A stretch of DNA of 64,000 nucleotides from an uncultured Gammaproteobacteria bacterium (GCA_965230935.1 OZ246400.1:630359-694358), one strand, 5' to 3'. Positions 29,707 through 41,933 are shown, counted from the stretch's first letter. Numbers and translations: made by a program. Notes: generated from the sequence alone by a model not told the origin.

Positions 29707-32334
29707 ATGACAAGCTTGTCGCTATCATCTGCGCTGCGCTATACATTTCTTGTTGTTTGCGTTGCACTCTTAAGTGTTCTGTTGGCAACTCCTGCAGCAG
29801 CACAAGATGCTGATACTACTTCTGTCAGTGAAGCAGAAATTTTACAAGAAGAAAACGAAGCTGCAGAGCAAGACACTCGAGTTACTGCTGAAGACTTAAA
29901 CGCCGAAGAAGCAACGATTTTGCCAGACAGTCCATGGTATGGCTTTAAGCGCTTTGGTCGTGCATTTGGTGAATTTATTACATTTGACCCCGTCAAAAAA
30001 GCAGAGAAAAAACTACAAAACGCAAACAAGGCATTTGCAGAGTCGCTTCAACTCTTACAACGAAAAGGCAATGATGAAGAGGCAATTGCTGATGCCGCTA
30101 AAAACATCGAGCGAGCGACAGGCAAAATCGATAGTGTGCGACAGGCTGCCCCAAGACTTAAAGAAATTCGAACAGAAAAAAAAGAAGCAGTCGAAGCACT
30201 TACTGAAAAAATTCTCAAAACCGGATTTACCCACCAAAAAGTCATTGATCAAGTGGAGGAGTTTGTGGACGAACGTCCGGTGCAAGGCGCACAACAAATT
30301 CTTGAGCATATCCATACCGCACGTGAGCGAAGCGAACAAAGCACTGGTGAGTTGATTGGCACGATTGAGGATAATCCCGAGGCACTGCGCGAACGACTCA
30401 ATCATTTCCTCGATAATGAAGGTGGGAGTGATTATCGTCATATCAAGCATGGAGAGTTTTTGCGGCGATTAGAAGACCATCTTCCACAACAAGCTGCTGA
30501 TCGAGCACGCGAAGCCATTGCTGCGGCACGCGAGCGTCAGTTTGAACACCTCAGCGAAAAAATTGAACGTCGCCGCGGAGAAGACCGCGACAAATTCTTT
30601 GAAGGAATCTTTGACTATGCAGAACATCTTCCCGGAGATCATGCTGCCAACTTCCAAAACTTTGAGGAGTTTAAACATGTGATTAAAGATCCTGAGCTTG
30701 CAGCGAGACTTGAGGATGGAAAAGATATTTTTGCTCGTCGGTTTAAAGAGCGTCTTGAGCACCATGAGGAACGGTTTGACGACGAAGCGACTCGCGAGCG
30801 ATTTCGTGAACGCGAATTCGAACGCTTTGCTGGAAATGAAATCGAGCAAATCCAAGCTCAAAAAGACTTGATTAAACGTATTGAGTTTGAGTCAAAAGAA
30901 TTTGAAGCAAAAATCCGAAAACAAGAGCAAGAATTTGAGAAAAAAGCAGCAGCATCATTTCGAGAACGATTTACCGATGCAGATTCTACTGCGCTTGTTG
31001 ACCGCTTTGAGGCCTTGAGTGCACAAGCGGCAAAAAACCCAACTCCGGCAGTATTTGAAGCACTCGACGCACTGGAGCGTGAACTGACTCCTGAGCAAAA
31101 ACGATTTGTACAAGAAATTGAGGACAAAGCGCGTGGGGAACTTGAACGAAAATTTAAAGAACAAGGCGATGAATTCTTCAAACGCATTTCTACTAATGTG
31201 GCTGAAGATGTGCGAGCAATTGAGCAGCTTGGCCAACGATTTGATCACTTCGATGTTCCACCAGAGTTGATTGACCGTGCCGTACGCGAACACCAACGCC
31301 ACCAAGAAGAAAAGTTTGAGCGTCTAGAGGATCGTGAGTTTGAACGAGCGGCACGTGAGCGTATCCGTATTGAAGAAGAATTTCGTGCACGACTTGATGC
31401 GGTGGATTCTGAAGTGGAACATAGCCAACTTCTTGAAGAGAAACGTCGATTTAACGAAGCAAACCTTGAACGCGAACTTGAAGCGCGTAAACGTATCTTT
31501 GAAGAACGCATGGAAGATAGTGGGCCGTTTTGTGACGAGCGCTGTCAGGAAATCCGCCGCGAGCAATTCTTCCAAGATTTTGAACGCCACCGCAGCGATG
31601 TCAAGACTTCGACTGATCAGGATATTGTTCATGAGCGAGATGAATTCCGTCGCATGATGGAATTTGACCGATTAGAAGCTGAGGCACACGAGCGCGGTGA
31701 AGAAGGTGAATTTTTCCCACCACACCCAGGTGAATTTGGACCAGAGTTTGATCGAGGACAACCACCATTTGATCGTCCTGATTTCGAACGAGCACCGTTT
31801 GATGAACGGCCTGCATTTGAAACTGACCCTGATGAAGAAGTAAGACGATTTGACGAGTTACCACGTGATTTTGATACTCCAACACTTCCAGTATTTGATC
31901 ATCCAGAACGTCCCGAGATCCCGGAACGACCGTTTGATGAGCGACCTGAAGAGTTTCATCGTCCAGAACCAATCATCCGAGACCTCCCACGATTTGATGA
32001 TAGCCCTATCGACAAACCACGCGAATTTGATCGTCCAGACCCAGAGCATGCGCTCCCTGAGTTTGTTCCAGAACGTCCAATGCCGTCTCCTGATGCATTT
32101 CGACAAGGACCGCCGGCAGAAAGTTTTGTCGCCCCATCACAACCACCTTCCCGAGAATTTGATCAACCGTTTGGCCCACGGCCAGGTGAACCATTTATTG
32201 ACGGACCTGGGTTCGATGTGCCACCACCTGATTTCCCACAACCAGAGCTCCACTCATCATCCGGAAGCACGTGGGACTACATTGTTGAACAGTTACGCAG
32301 CTTCGTAAATCGCGCAAACGCAGGGCGATTCTAA
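29707..32334 (+). CDS. Large secreted DUF5667-type protein with a long E/R/F-rich coiled region and a Pro/Phe/Asp/Glu/Arg low-complexity C-terminus.
   Basis: 875 aa. Signal peptide. LPDSPWYGFKRFGRAFGEF motif typical of DUF5667 N-termini. Hundreds of residues of ERFxE-type repeats, then FDRPD/FDERP repeats. Confidence 0.55.
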   Translation: MTSLSLSSALRYTFLVVCVALLSVLLATPAAAQDADTTSVSEAEILQEENEAAEQDTRVTAEDLNAEEATILPDSPWYGFKRFGRAFGEFITFDPVKKAEKKLQNANKAFAESLQLLQRKGNDEEAIADAAKNIERATGKIDSVRQAAPRLKEIRTEKKEAVEALTEKILKTGFTHQKVIDQVEEFVDERPVQGAQQILEHIHTARERSEQSTGELIGTIEDNPEALRERLNHFLDNEGGSDYRHIKHGEFLRRLEDHLPQQAADRAREAIAAARERQFEHLSEKIERRRGEDRDKFFEGIFDYAEHLPGDHAANFQNFEEFKHVIKDPELAARLEDGKDIFARRFKERLEHHEERFDDEATRERFREREFERFAGNEIEQIQAQKDLIKRIEFESKEFEAKIRKQEQEFEKKAAASFRERFTDADSTALVDRFEALSAQAAKNPTPAVFEALDALERELTPEQKRFVQEIEDKARGELERKFKEQGDEFFKRISTNVAEDVRAIEQLGQRFDHFDVPPELIDRAVREHQRHQEEKFERLEDREFERAARERIRIEEEFRARLDAVDSEVEHSQLLEEKRRFNEANLERELEARKRIFEERMEDSGPFCDERCQEIRREQFFQDFERHRSDVKTSTDQDIVHERDEFRRMMEFDRLEAEAHERGEEGEFFPPHPGEFGPEFDRGQPPFDRPDFERAPFDERPAFETDPDEEVRRFDELPRDFDTPTLPVFDHPERPEIPERPFDERPEEFHRPEPIIRDLPRFDDSPIDKPREFDRPDPEHALPEFVPERPMPSPDAFRQGPPAESFVAPSQPPSREFDQPFGPRPGEPFIDGPGFDVPPPDFPQPELHSSSGSTWDYIVEQLRSFVNRANAGRF

Positions 32335-32366
32335 ACTCATCTCGTCATACGACACAAAAAAACAAG

Positions 32367-32389
32367 GCCCGGCAGTTCTGCTCGGGTCG
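32367..32389. terminator. Bidirectional terminator between the DUF5667 gene and GC-rich cassette B.
   Basis: ggcccggcag-ttctg-ctcgggtc hairpin. A7 upstream (a T7 run on the minus strand) and a GT tract gtcgtgtcgttgtgttgaattgtgtgttcg downstream. The hairpin loop is cagttctg, the same loop as the terminator at 20381-20408. Confidence 0.5.
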
Positions 32390-32418
32390 TGTCGTTGTGT
32401 TGAATTGTGTGTTCGTGA

Positions 32419-32958
32419 TCACACCACGGCGATCTCGAAATAGACGCTTCGCCCATCCTCGAACTCGAGCATCATCACTGCGGGCCGATAAATGGCCTCA
32501 CGCTTGTGATTCTGGAGTGCGGCGCGGCGCATTTGCCACCAGGCACGCCAGGTGGCCGGACGAATCCTGATGATGGTTCCGGTTACGATGCGCGGTTTGC
32601 ACTCGATAATCTCGAGTCCCCAGTGCAACCTAGCAACCTCGTCCATCTCCGGCAACATCGCCGCCTGCTGATCGGTGATCGGCCGCGCAAACACCAGGTC
32701 CAATGCCAGGTGCCAAAACACCATCCACCAGCGCTCGATCCAAAACTTGTAGTTGGAGAGCAGAATGGTGATCGTTCGTGGGATCTGCCCAGCCTCGTGC
32801 GAGAGTCCGACCTGCTTGAGGTACATGGCGGCCTTCGCTCGCACATGTGCGGTACGTGCCGCCTGGCGCGCATCCGCTGTTGAAGCGCCTTGCTCCAACG
32901 CCTCGCGGTGCGTACACAGCGAGTACAATGTCCCCCCTTGGTTGCTGCTCATGAACAT
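32419..32958 (-). CDS. Hypothetical protein, GC-rich cassette B (179 aa), no recognisable family.
   Basis: About 63% GC. SD AAGGAGG 6 nt before the ATG at 32956-32958. Trp-rich segment FWIERWWMVFWHLALDL. No motif recognised. Confidence 0.5.
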   Translation of the reverse strand: MFMSSNQGGTLYSLCTHREALEQGASTADARQAARTAHVRAKAAMYLKQVGLSHEAGQIPRTITILLSNYKFWIERWWMVFWHLALDLVFARPITDQQAAMLPEMDEVARLHWGLEIIECKPRIVTGTIIRIRPATWRAWWQMRRAALQNHKREAIYRPAVMMLEFEDGRSVYFEIAVV

Positions 32959-32992
32959 CCTCCTTGGGGGAAACCCCTGTCATGAAACACTA

Positions 32993-33021
32993 ACTATAGT
33001 GTATCATAACCGAATTGTCAA
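32993..33021 (-). promoter_or_regulatory. Consensus sigma70 promoter of cassette B overlapped by a 16-bp palindrome.
   Basis: Minus strand: TTGACA, a 17-nt spacer, then TATAGT. The palindrome ACACTAACTATAGTGT (32987-33002) overlaps the -10 and matches the NrdR consensus at 14/16 positions. Confidence 0.5.
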
Positions 33022-33122
33022 GTTCTACGCTATTTTGTTTGACAAAAGCCCTAAAAATCAATACTATTTTGATATATCGTTGTAAACAATCAATCTTCTA
33101 ATTTACCTAAAATCAAGAACAT

Positions 33123-34346
33123 ATGGCTGCAAAAAAGCCAGAACAATTTTCTGGGGAGAGCCCCGCAGAAAAAAAATTCTTCACACAGGGGGATGCTGAT
33201 ACTAAATTTGCTGAACAATGGGAACGGGCATCTAACCCTCCTGAAAAAGCAAACCTTAAAAAGAAAAGTGCTGAAGCACGGGCTCTTGAGGCACTCGACG
33301 CACCACCTACAGCAGAAGAAGTTGCAGAAGGAAAACGAGAAGCGCAACGTCTTGAAGGAGAAGGAGGACCAATCCCTACTGATTCACAAATGGAGCAAGA
33401 TTTTTTTGATACATCTAAATCCAGAAAAGAAATGCTTGCACGAGAGGCGGCCGTTGAAGCAAGTCGCCCTGCCGATCACGAAGCCAAAAAAGCAGAGCAT
33501 CTTAAAATAGCAGAAGAAGAGGAGCAAGCAATGACACAAGCAGAACGTGATGCTAAAGCAGATGAATGGTTGGAAGCACAAGATGAAGACAATCAACCCG
33601 GCCTTTTACGTCAATGGTTTGGGAAGTTGTTTGGTAAAAAGAAAGAAAAGGCAGAGCCCCGTTTTAGCCAAGAGATGCACGCTGAGGCAGGAAAAATGGG
33701 TGAAAAGTTGAACCCTGAGGAAAAAGCACAGATGGAGACTATGTTAGAATTTGTCAACGAAGGTCAAATGGGAGAAGCAGTGGTTGCTGCTGCAGAATCA
33801 GCACAGGGATCTACTCGTCTCAAAGAGCTTCTTGAAAAAACTGATGTGCTCAAACTCACTACTGGAATTGATGATCTTAATCTTGCACCTCTTGTAAAAG
33901 CTCTTCAAGAGAATCCAGGAACCCGTGAAACATTTAAAACCCAATTCGATCAACTGGTAAACAGTGAGCCGACCCAAGCCATTACACTCTTCATGCAGGC
34001 GCATGAAAAAGGGACAGGAGATCCATTCTACGAAGTGCTCCCTGATGACTTTCCACAACAAATTTTAGAACGATACGTAAAAGTCGAGGCAATTGCCGAT
34101 CTGAGAGGGCAGGCACGCGAAGATGTCCAAAAAGAACTTAAAGCATTTTGGGGTATGATCAGAGGAGGTAAGTTTGAAGATGCGCTGGAATATGTACAAA
34201 AAGCAAACGACGAGGAAGATTCACCGCAAGCACTCAAAGACTACCTCTCCAATGACAAACTCCACACCATCTTAGGAGACCTCTACACACAACAAGCTTT
34301 GGCGAAACAAACTGGTTCGCAGGATAAAGAGGTAAAAGCAGCGTAA
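33123..34346 (+). CDS. Acidic, highly charged soluble protein of unknown function.
   Basis: 407 aa, no TM, E/K/A/Q-rich. Intact ORF with a terminator downstream at 34371-34401. Confidence 0.45.
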   Translation: MAAKKPEQFSGESPAEKKFFTQGDADTKFAEQWERASNPPEKANLKKKSAEARALEALDAPPTAEEVAEGKREAQRLEGEGGPIPTDSQMEQDFFDTSKSRKEMLAREAAVEASRPADHEAKKAEHLKIAEEEEQAMTQAERDAKADEWLEAQDEDNQPGLLRQWFGKLFGKKKEKAEPRFSQEMHAEAGKMGEKLNPEEKAQMETMLEFVNEGQMGEAVVAAAESAQGSTRLKELLEKTDVLKLTTGIDDLNLAPLVKALQENPGTRETFKTQFDQLVNSEPTQAITLFMQAHEKGTGDPFYEVLPDDFPQQILERYVKVEAIADLRGQAREDVQKELKAFWGMIRGGKFEDALEYVQKANDEEDSPQALKDYLSNDKLHTILGDLYTQQALAKQTGSQDKEVKAA

Positions 34347-34408
34347 ATCTCAAAATCATCCCTGTTTTGTACTGAAAACCGCCCACCAGGCGGTTTTCGC
34401 TTTTGCAT

Positions 34409-34437
34409 TGACATCTATCATCATCCATGCTATAGTT
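34409..34437 (+). promoter_or_regulatory. Consensus sigma70 promoter of rpsO.
   Basis: TTGACA (34409-34414), a 17-nt spacer, TATAGT (34432-34437). Confidence 0.5.
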
Positions 34438-34516
34438 TGTGCGTAATTAATCTGGCCAGGCCAGTCCAAGGACAGTGGTATGTGCACTCCTGCACCTTGG
34501 TGAATATCACGCACAT

Positions 34517-34849
34517 ATGCTGAGCGCAAAACAAAAACAGCGAATCATTTCTAAATTCCAAACCCATGAGGGTGATACCGGGTCAAGTGAAGTGCAAATT
34601 GCCATTTTGACCTTTGAGATTAACGAGTTGATTTCTCATTTAAAACAACACAAGAAGGACCATTCGTCACGCCGTGGATTGCTGCGTAAAGTAGGGCAGC
34701 GTCGCCGACTCCTTCGCTACTTAAAGGAAGAAAACAAAAAAGGTTGGGAGCAACTTGTGAAAGCCCTTAAGCTTAAACAAGCAAAAACCCTTCAAGATTT
34801 TCCAAAAAAAGAAGACGTAACTGAAGAGAATGCCAGCAGCGAAAAGTAA
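34517..34849 (+). CDS. rpsO: 30S ribosomal protein S15 with a C-terminal extension of about 22 aa.
   Basis: [69 protein letters not shown] is the S15 signature (GSxEVQ..LT, HSRRGLL). The track ORF begins 14 codons upstream. Confidence 0.9.
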   Translation: MLSAKQKQRIISKFQTHEGDTGSSEVQIAILTFEINELISHLKQHKKDHSSRRGLLRKVGQRRRLLRYLKEENKKGWEQLVKALKLKQAKTLQDFPKKEDVTEENASSEK

Positions 34850-35396
34850 AAAAGTAAAGATTGAGCAACATCCGCTCAAACACACTGACCAGCGAGTTGG
34901 TGTGTTTATCGATGTTCAAAACTTGTATTACAGTGCTAAAAACCTATACAACCAAAAGGTTAACTTTGGAAACATTGTGAAGCATGGCGTTGGCGATCGA
35001 AAATTGATCCGATCTATCGCCTATGTCGTGCGTACTGAATCAGGAGATGAGTTGCCCTTTTTTGAAGCACTCTATAATTTAGGTCTTGAAACTCGTGAAC
35101 GTGATCTTCTCGTATACCATGGGGGGAATAAAAAAGCTGATTGGGATGTTGGTATTGCGATTGATGCCATTCGCATGGCTGACATGCTCGATGTCATTAT
35201 CTTAGTCTCTGGTGATGGTGACTTTATCCCCTTAGTCGAGTATCTACAAAACAAAGGAAAACAAGTAGAAGTGATGAGCTTTCGCGAAACCACTTCAACA
35301 CGACTTGTTGATAACGTCGATCTCTTTACTAACTTGAGCGATCATCTGGATGAGTATCTTATTAAAGAAACCAGAACTCGCCGTCGAAAAACATGA
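34830..35396 (+). CDS. NYN-domain (LabA/PIN-like) predicted ribonuclease.
   Basis: 188 aa. [13 protein letters not shown] ... [38 protein letters not shown] are the NYN/LabA conserved acidic motifs. Confidence 0.75.
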   Translation: MPAAKSKKVKIEQHPLKHTDQRVGVFIDVQNLYYSAKNLYNQKVNFGNIVKHGVGDRKLIRSIAYVVRTESGDELPFFEALYNLGLETRERDLLVYHGGNKKADWDVGIAIDAIRMADMLDVIILVSGDGDFIPLVEYLQNKGKQVEVMSFRETTSTRLVDNVDLFTNLSDHLDEYLIKETRTRRRKT

Positions 35397-35460
35397 TTAT
35401 CTAACACACAATTTGTTTGCCCTGGGATGTATGGATTGCAACGCGCTTGCACTTCACCAC

Positions 35461-35495
35461 CTCAGGACAAGCACGCTCATCTTCCTGAGTTTTTT
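35461..35495 (+). terminator. Hairpin plus T6 in the pnp leader (attenuator/processing-site position).
   Basis: ctcagga-caagcacgctcatct-tcctgag followed by TTTTTT. It lies 36 nt upstream of the pnp ATG. Confidence 0.5.
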
Positions 35496-35530
35496 AATAC
35501 CACAAAATAGTAAACATTTAACACAAGCAT

Positions 35531-37801
<2,271 letters not shown>

Positions 37802-37826
37802 TTTCTCTTGAGAGTCGCCTCGCACA

Positions 37827-37854
37827 TAAAACCCCGCAGAAATGCAGGGTTTTA
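37827..37854 (+). terminator. Intrinsic terminator after pnp.
   Basis: aaaacccc-gcagaaatgc-agggtttt. Confidence 0.6.
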
Positions 37855-37898
37855 TTATCCTGTCGGCGCAAAAAACCATCCAATGCTCTATTTCGACT

Positions 37899-37926
37899 TT
37901 GTAATAAGGTGATTTTTTTGTATACT
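37899..37926 (+). promoter_or_regulatory. Sigma70-type promoter of the two-component operon.
   Basis: TTGTAA, a 16-nt spacer, TATACT. Confidence 0.4.
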
Positions 37927-37952
37927 ACTTATGATTTCATTCTCACTAAAAA

Positions 37953-40216
37953 ATGTTTTTTCTAAAAAAAGCCAGTATCAAAACGCGAGCAATGATTGAT
38001 GTTTCTTTTATCATTTTGTTCGTTGGATTGGTATTGTTTGTCACAGCGTATAGATCTGGAAAACAGACGTTTCAAAACCAAGTCATCAATGATTTAGAAA
38101 TTTTAGTCAATGTCCGAAAAGACCAAGTAAATTCTTTTTTAGATTCTATAAAAAATCGAGTAGTTGATTTTTCTTCAGACGGCTTTATTCAAAACAGCGT
38201 CCTAGATATCGAGAGAGGGAATCAAAGCCAATCAGCCCTAAAAACATATTTAAACAACCAAAAAAGTCATTGGATAACACTATTGATGGAATAAGTATTT
38301 TTGATTCCTCAGGTAATTTGGTAGTCTCTACCTTAAATAGAACACGAGATGATTTTGAACAGGAAATATCTTTTTTGCGCACGCTGCCCTATGTTTCTAT
38401 TGGAGAAGCGCACATACACCAGGACTTTGATGCAGCATCTCCCGACAAAGATGAAGGTATTAGTGGGTATATAGATGCTGTTTCACCAATCATTAGATCT
38501 ACTGATAAGTATCATATTGGATTTATTATCAATCATATACGTTTAGATGGATTGGAAGCAGTACTAATAGGAAAAACACAAAAGGGCGCGACGTTAACTG
38601 AATGCGATTTTGACTTTTCTTCCTCCAATACTCATGTAATAACCTCAAAAGGAAGGCATCTAGCCATGACATGTCGACATGGTCTTGAAAACTACGTATT
38701 CGATGTCTTACCTGTAAAAAAATGTGCACAAGGAGAAAAAACTTCGACACACTACACTGATTCTCGCGGGCATGATATTTATGGTGCATCAGCTTGTATG
38801 GATAATGGGTGGGTGGTTTTGACAGAAATAGATAAGTCTGAAATTGATGATTCATTGAATAAAATTTTACGTGGAATGACGCTAACCGGATTATGGTCAA
38901 GCGTGATGGTACTTATACTAGTATACTGGTATACACGTCGTCAGTTACAACCTATCGTATCTCTTACCCAAAAAATTGCAAAAAGAAAGGTTGGAAAACA
39001 AATTAAAAAAATAGATGGTAAATTTCCCGGAGAAATTTCATTACTTGTCCAGACTTTCAATACACTGTCTAGAAAAATTCTAAATAGGGAAAAACTCCTC
39101 ATCAAGCAAAAAGTGAAGGCTAGTAATTTAGCAAAGGAGCTTGAAAAATTCAAGCTTGCGGTTGACATGGCCTCGGACCAAATCGTGATTACTGATGCCG
39201 ATGCCAAAATTTTGTATGCAAATCTATCTACGAAAAAAATTACCGGCTTTTCAGTAGATGAAATGATCGGGAAAAAATCAGGAACTTCGGATCTGTGGGG
39301 TGGTCAAATGGACGAAAAATTCTACAAAAAACTATGGAATACTATTAAGATAAAGAAGTCGACCTTTTCTGGGGAGATTACAAATAAACGCAAAAACGGC
39401 GAAATTTACCAAGCATACAGCACGATCTATCCAATTGTAGATACCGAACAGAATGTTAAATTCTTTGTCGCAATTGAGCGCGATATCACAAAAGAAAAGG
39501 ACGTAGAAAAAATGAAAAGTGATTTTATCGCCGTAGCTTCTCATCAATTACGGGCACCGATCTCCGGAATTAAATGGACAATAGAGCTACTCCAACAAGA
39601 AAAGGGTATTCCCAAGAGAAGCAAAAAGCTGATAGTGGGGGCAAACGAAAGAATGGATAATTTGATTGAGCTTGTTGACCACTTATTGAATGTATCACGC
39701 ATAGAAAAAAATACGAGTGTTAAACCTAAAAAATTTGATCTTGTTGCTTCTTTGCGCGAAAATATAGAAGGATTTTCTCCCCGTACCAAACGAGGGAATC
39801 TTTCAGTATCCTTTGATCCAAAACCCAAAAAAATAATCTTAATGAGTGACGAAAAAATAATCAAAACTATTTTTGATTCTATATTCTCAAACGCCATCAT
39901 CCATACATTGGCTGGAGGATCAATTGCCGTGACAATGCGAAAACAAAAAGACACCTGCATATTGAAAATAAGAGACACTGGTATCGGGATACCGCGTAAA
40001 GATCAAAAAAATATTTTCTTAAAGTTCTTCAGAGCAAAGAATGCTAAAAAAATTAACACTGCTGGAACGGGGTTAGGCTTGTATACTGCAAAAATGGCGA
40101 CCGTATTACTCGGTGGAAAAATTAGCTTCACATCACAGGAAGGCAAGGGGACGACAATGACTGTGGTATTACCATTAAAATCAAAGTCTAAAAAAGTCGG
40201 AAAACACCTCGTATAA
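37953..40216 (+). CDS. Sensor histidine kinase (TM, extracytoplasmic sensor, PAS, HisKA, HATPase_c), interrupted by a +1 frameshift in an A6 run at 38260-38265.
   Basis: ORF 37953-38294 (TM plus sensor N-terminus) and ORF 38270-40216 (PAS, then the H-box SDFIAVASHQLRAPISGI, then the G-boxes DTGIGI and GTGLGLY). They fuse into one frame of about 760 aa if one A is added to the ccAAAAAAg run. Confidence 0.75.
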
Positions 40217-40226
40217 CAAATTATCT

Positions 40227-40634
40227 ATGAAATCATACAACAAGATAAAAAATGGGAAAACCTCTTTACGAAAGAAGATTCTATTTATAGAAGATGACGA
40301 ATTTTTACAGAATGTGTATCAATATGAGTTTGGAAACAAAAACATCACAGTTATTATGGCATCAGATGGTGAAGATGGTCTAAAAAAAGCTGAAAAAGAA
40401 AGGCCGGATCTCATCCTGTTAGATTTAATATTGCCAAAAATGGATGGATTTTCAGTGCTTGAAGAAATTAAAAAAGATCCTGAACTCAAAAATATCCCGG
40501 TCATTGTCCTTTCCAACCTAGGCCAAAAAAAAGACGTTCAAACTTGCAAAAAAATGGGTGCGGTCGACTACATTGTTAAGATGAACTCTCGATTTAGCGA
40601 GGTGGTCGAAAAAATCAACCAAAACCTTTCGTGA
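40227..40634 (+). CDS. Single-domain response regulator (REC only, CheY-like).
   Basis: 135 aa. KKILFIEDDEF ... LILLDLILPKMDGFSVLEEIK ... IPVIVLSNLGQ holds the phospho-acceptor Asp pocket. No output domain. Confidence 0.8.
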   Translation: MKSYNKIKNGKTSLRKKILFIEDDEFLQNVYQYEFGNKNITVIMASDGEDGLKKAEKERPDLILLDLILPKMDGFSVLEEIKKDPELKNIPVIVLSNLGQKKDVQTCKKMGAVDYIVKMNSRFSEVVEKINQNLS

Positions 40635-40732
40635 ACATGAATGCCTTTTCTTAGGTTGTTTACAACTTTGCAGGAGCGATGGGACACCATTCGAATATTT
40701 TTTGGTATATATAGTTGATTAGAAATAGCTCA

Positions 40733-41038
40733 TTATTCCATCCAACTTTCGTGCCCAATTAATACGTCTAAACGACTTCTTAAGTCTGCCAATTCTACTT
40801 CTTTTTCTGCAACACTTGTGTCAAATTCTTCTTTGGTCATACCTAAATCAACAGGATTATTTCTCTTATAAAAAGCCAAAAAATCTCTTAGTCGCAAATA
40901 CTCTTTTCTTTTTTCACTCATTTCTTCCTTAAGTCCTTTTTGTATTTCTCCAGACTCATTTCTATTTCTTGCCTTTTCAGACCATGCATCTACCCTTCCG
41001 CCTAAATCAGAATTAAAACCCTCTCTTTGTTCTAACAT
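40733..41038 (-). CDS. Hypothetical small protein.
   Basis: The track ORF extends to 41104 through AT-rich low-complexity codons. MLEQREGFNSD... is the more plausible start. No motif. Weak call. Confidence 0.3.
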   Translation of the reverse strand: MLEQREGFNSDLGGRVDAWSEKARNRNESGEIQKGLKEEMSEKRKEYLRLRDFLAFYKRNNPVDLGMTKEEFDTSVAEKEVELADLRSRLDVLIGHESWME

Positions 41039-41422
41039 ACTTTTGCTTACTCTATTTATCAATAGATTAGTTAGGTGTAGTTTATATAAAAATAACATAA
41101 GCATTTGTGAATGTAAACATCACCTCTCGACAGTTCTAAACATATTATCGTACCGTTGCAGGAGCAACAAGACTACATCCATCAAAGCTTTGTTAATCTG
41201 ATCGATAAATTCAAATCACTTACAAAATACTAAGTTTAGTAAAATTTCAATTTTCAAAATCAACTTTCACAACTTTTCCACATTTTGTGGACAGAAATTG
41301 CAAAACTGTGGATACATTTAGTATACACCAACAATTTTGTATAGACTTGTGTATACAAAAAATCGTAAGAATAGCGACTTTTTAAGCTTAATTTAAACAA
41401 AAAATAGCAAAATTTGCCGAAC

Positions 41423-41451
41423 TTGACAAAACCCTTTTTTTCGTGTATACT
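41423..41451 (+). promoter_or_regulatory. Consensus sigma70 promoter driving the non-coding unit upstream of dksA.
   Basis: TTGACA (41423-41428), a 17-nt spacer, TATACT (41446-41451). Confidence 0.5.
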
Positions 41452-41457
41452 AGTAAC

Positions 41458-41883
41458 AGTTCCTTAGAAAACCATTTCAAGTACGCATTAAAACGGGTGA
41501 CACCAAAAAAACATACGTGTCACAAGTCTTAAGAGCCGTGCTTCGATCGAATCATCCTCTTCCATTGCTACTGTTCTTAATTGCAAGGAAATCAAAATAA
41601 AACAAAGCGGGCGTAGTAGCTCCGCGAATAGCTCCGAGGTGCCCTATAGTCTTCCCTGTCTTGTGCAGGTCGAGGACGCGTGGATCACACCTTTCGAATG
41701 GTAGGAATGGCAAACAAACAGCCGATTGTGGGCTTGTTTGGACCGATGATGGTGGTCAGTGTACATCTTTGCGGTGTATAGCGATCACCATCATATGGAC
41801 CACGCTCACTCAACAGGCATCGGGGACTTACCTCCGGCCATCTATACACCTAGGGCGTCAGGACGTAAGTCCCTTGTTTTTTT
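41458..41883 (+). ncRNA. Candidate structured ncRNA or long regulatory leader (about 420 nt), family not identified.
   Basis: Bounded by the consensus promoter and a strong terminator (ggggacttacc ... ggacgtaagtccc then TTGTTTTTTT, 41822-41883). No ORF of 60 aa or more with an SD. Internal helices include gtgacac/gtgtcac (41507-41526) and a 9-bp stem gatgatggtg/caccatcat (41745-41796). It lacks RNase P, tmRNA and SRP RNA signature motifs. Confidence 0.35.
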
Positions 41884-41933
41884 ACTTCATTTTGCTATAC
41901 TTGCTACTGTATTTAGTATTTAGCTCCAATCAT

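Noticed and set aside
30048-32308. Numerous 60-150-aa ORFs on both strands within the DUF5667 gene.
   Set aside because: They arise from the repetitive GA/GC-rich coding repeats of the 875-aa protein. None has independent translation signals.
41458-41883. Considered RNase P RNA, tmRNA, SRP RNA or a T-box leader for the 420-nt non-coding unit.
   Set aside because: No GGAAAGUCCGG/P4 motif and no AGGGUGAAA. No tRNA-like acceptor/T-arm pair and no plausible tag-peptide frame ending in a hydrophobic A-A. No GGAAGCAGC domain IV motif. No AGGGUGGNACCGCG T-box. Left as an unclassified ncRNA or leader.
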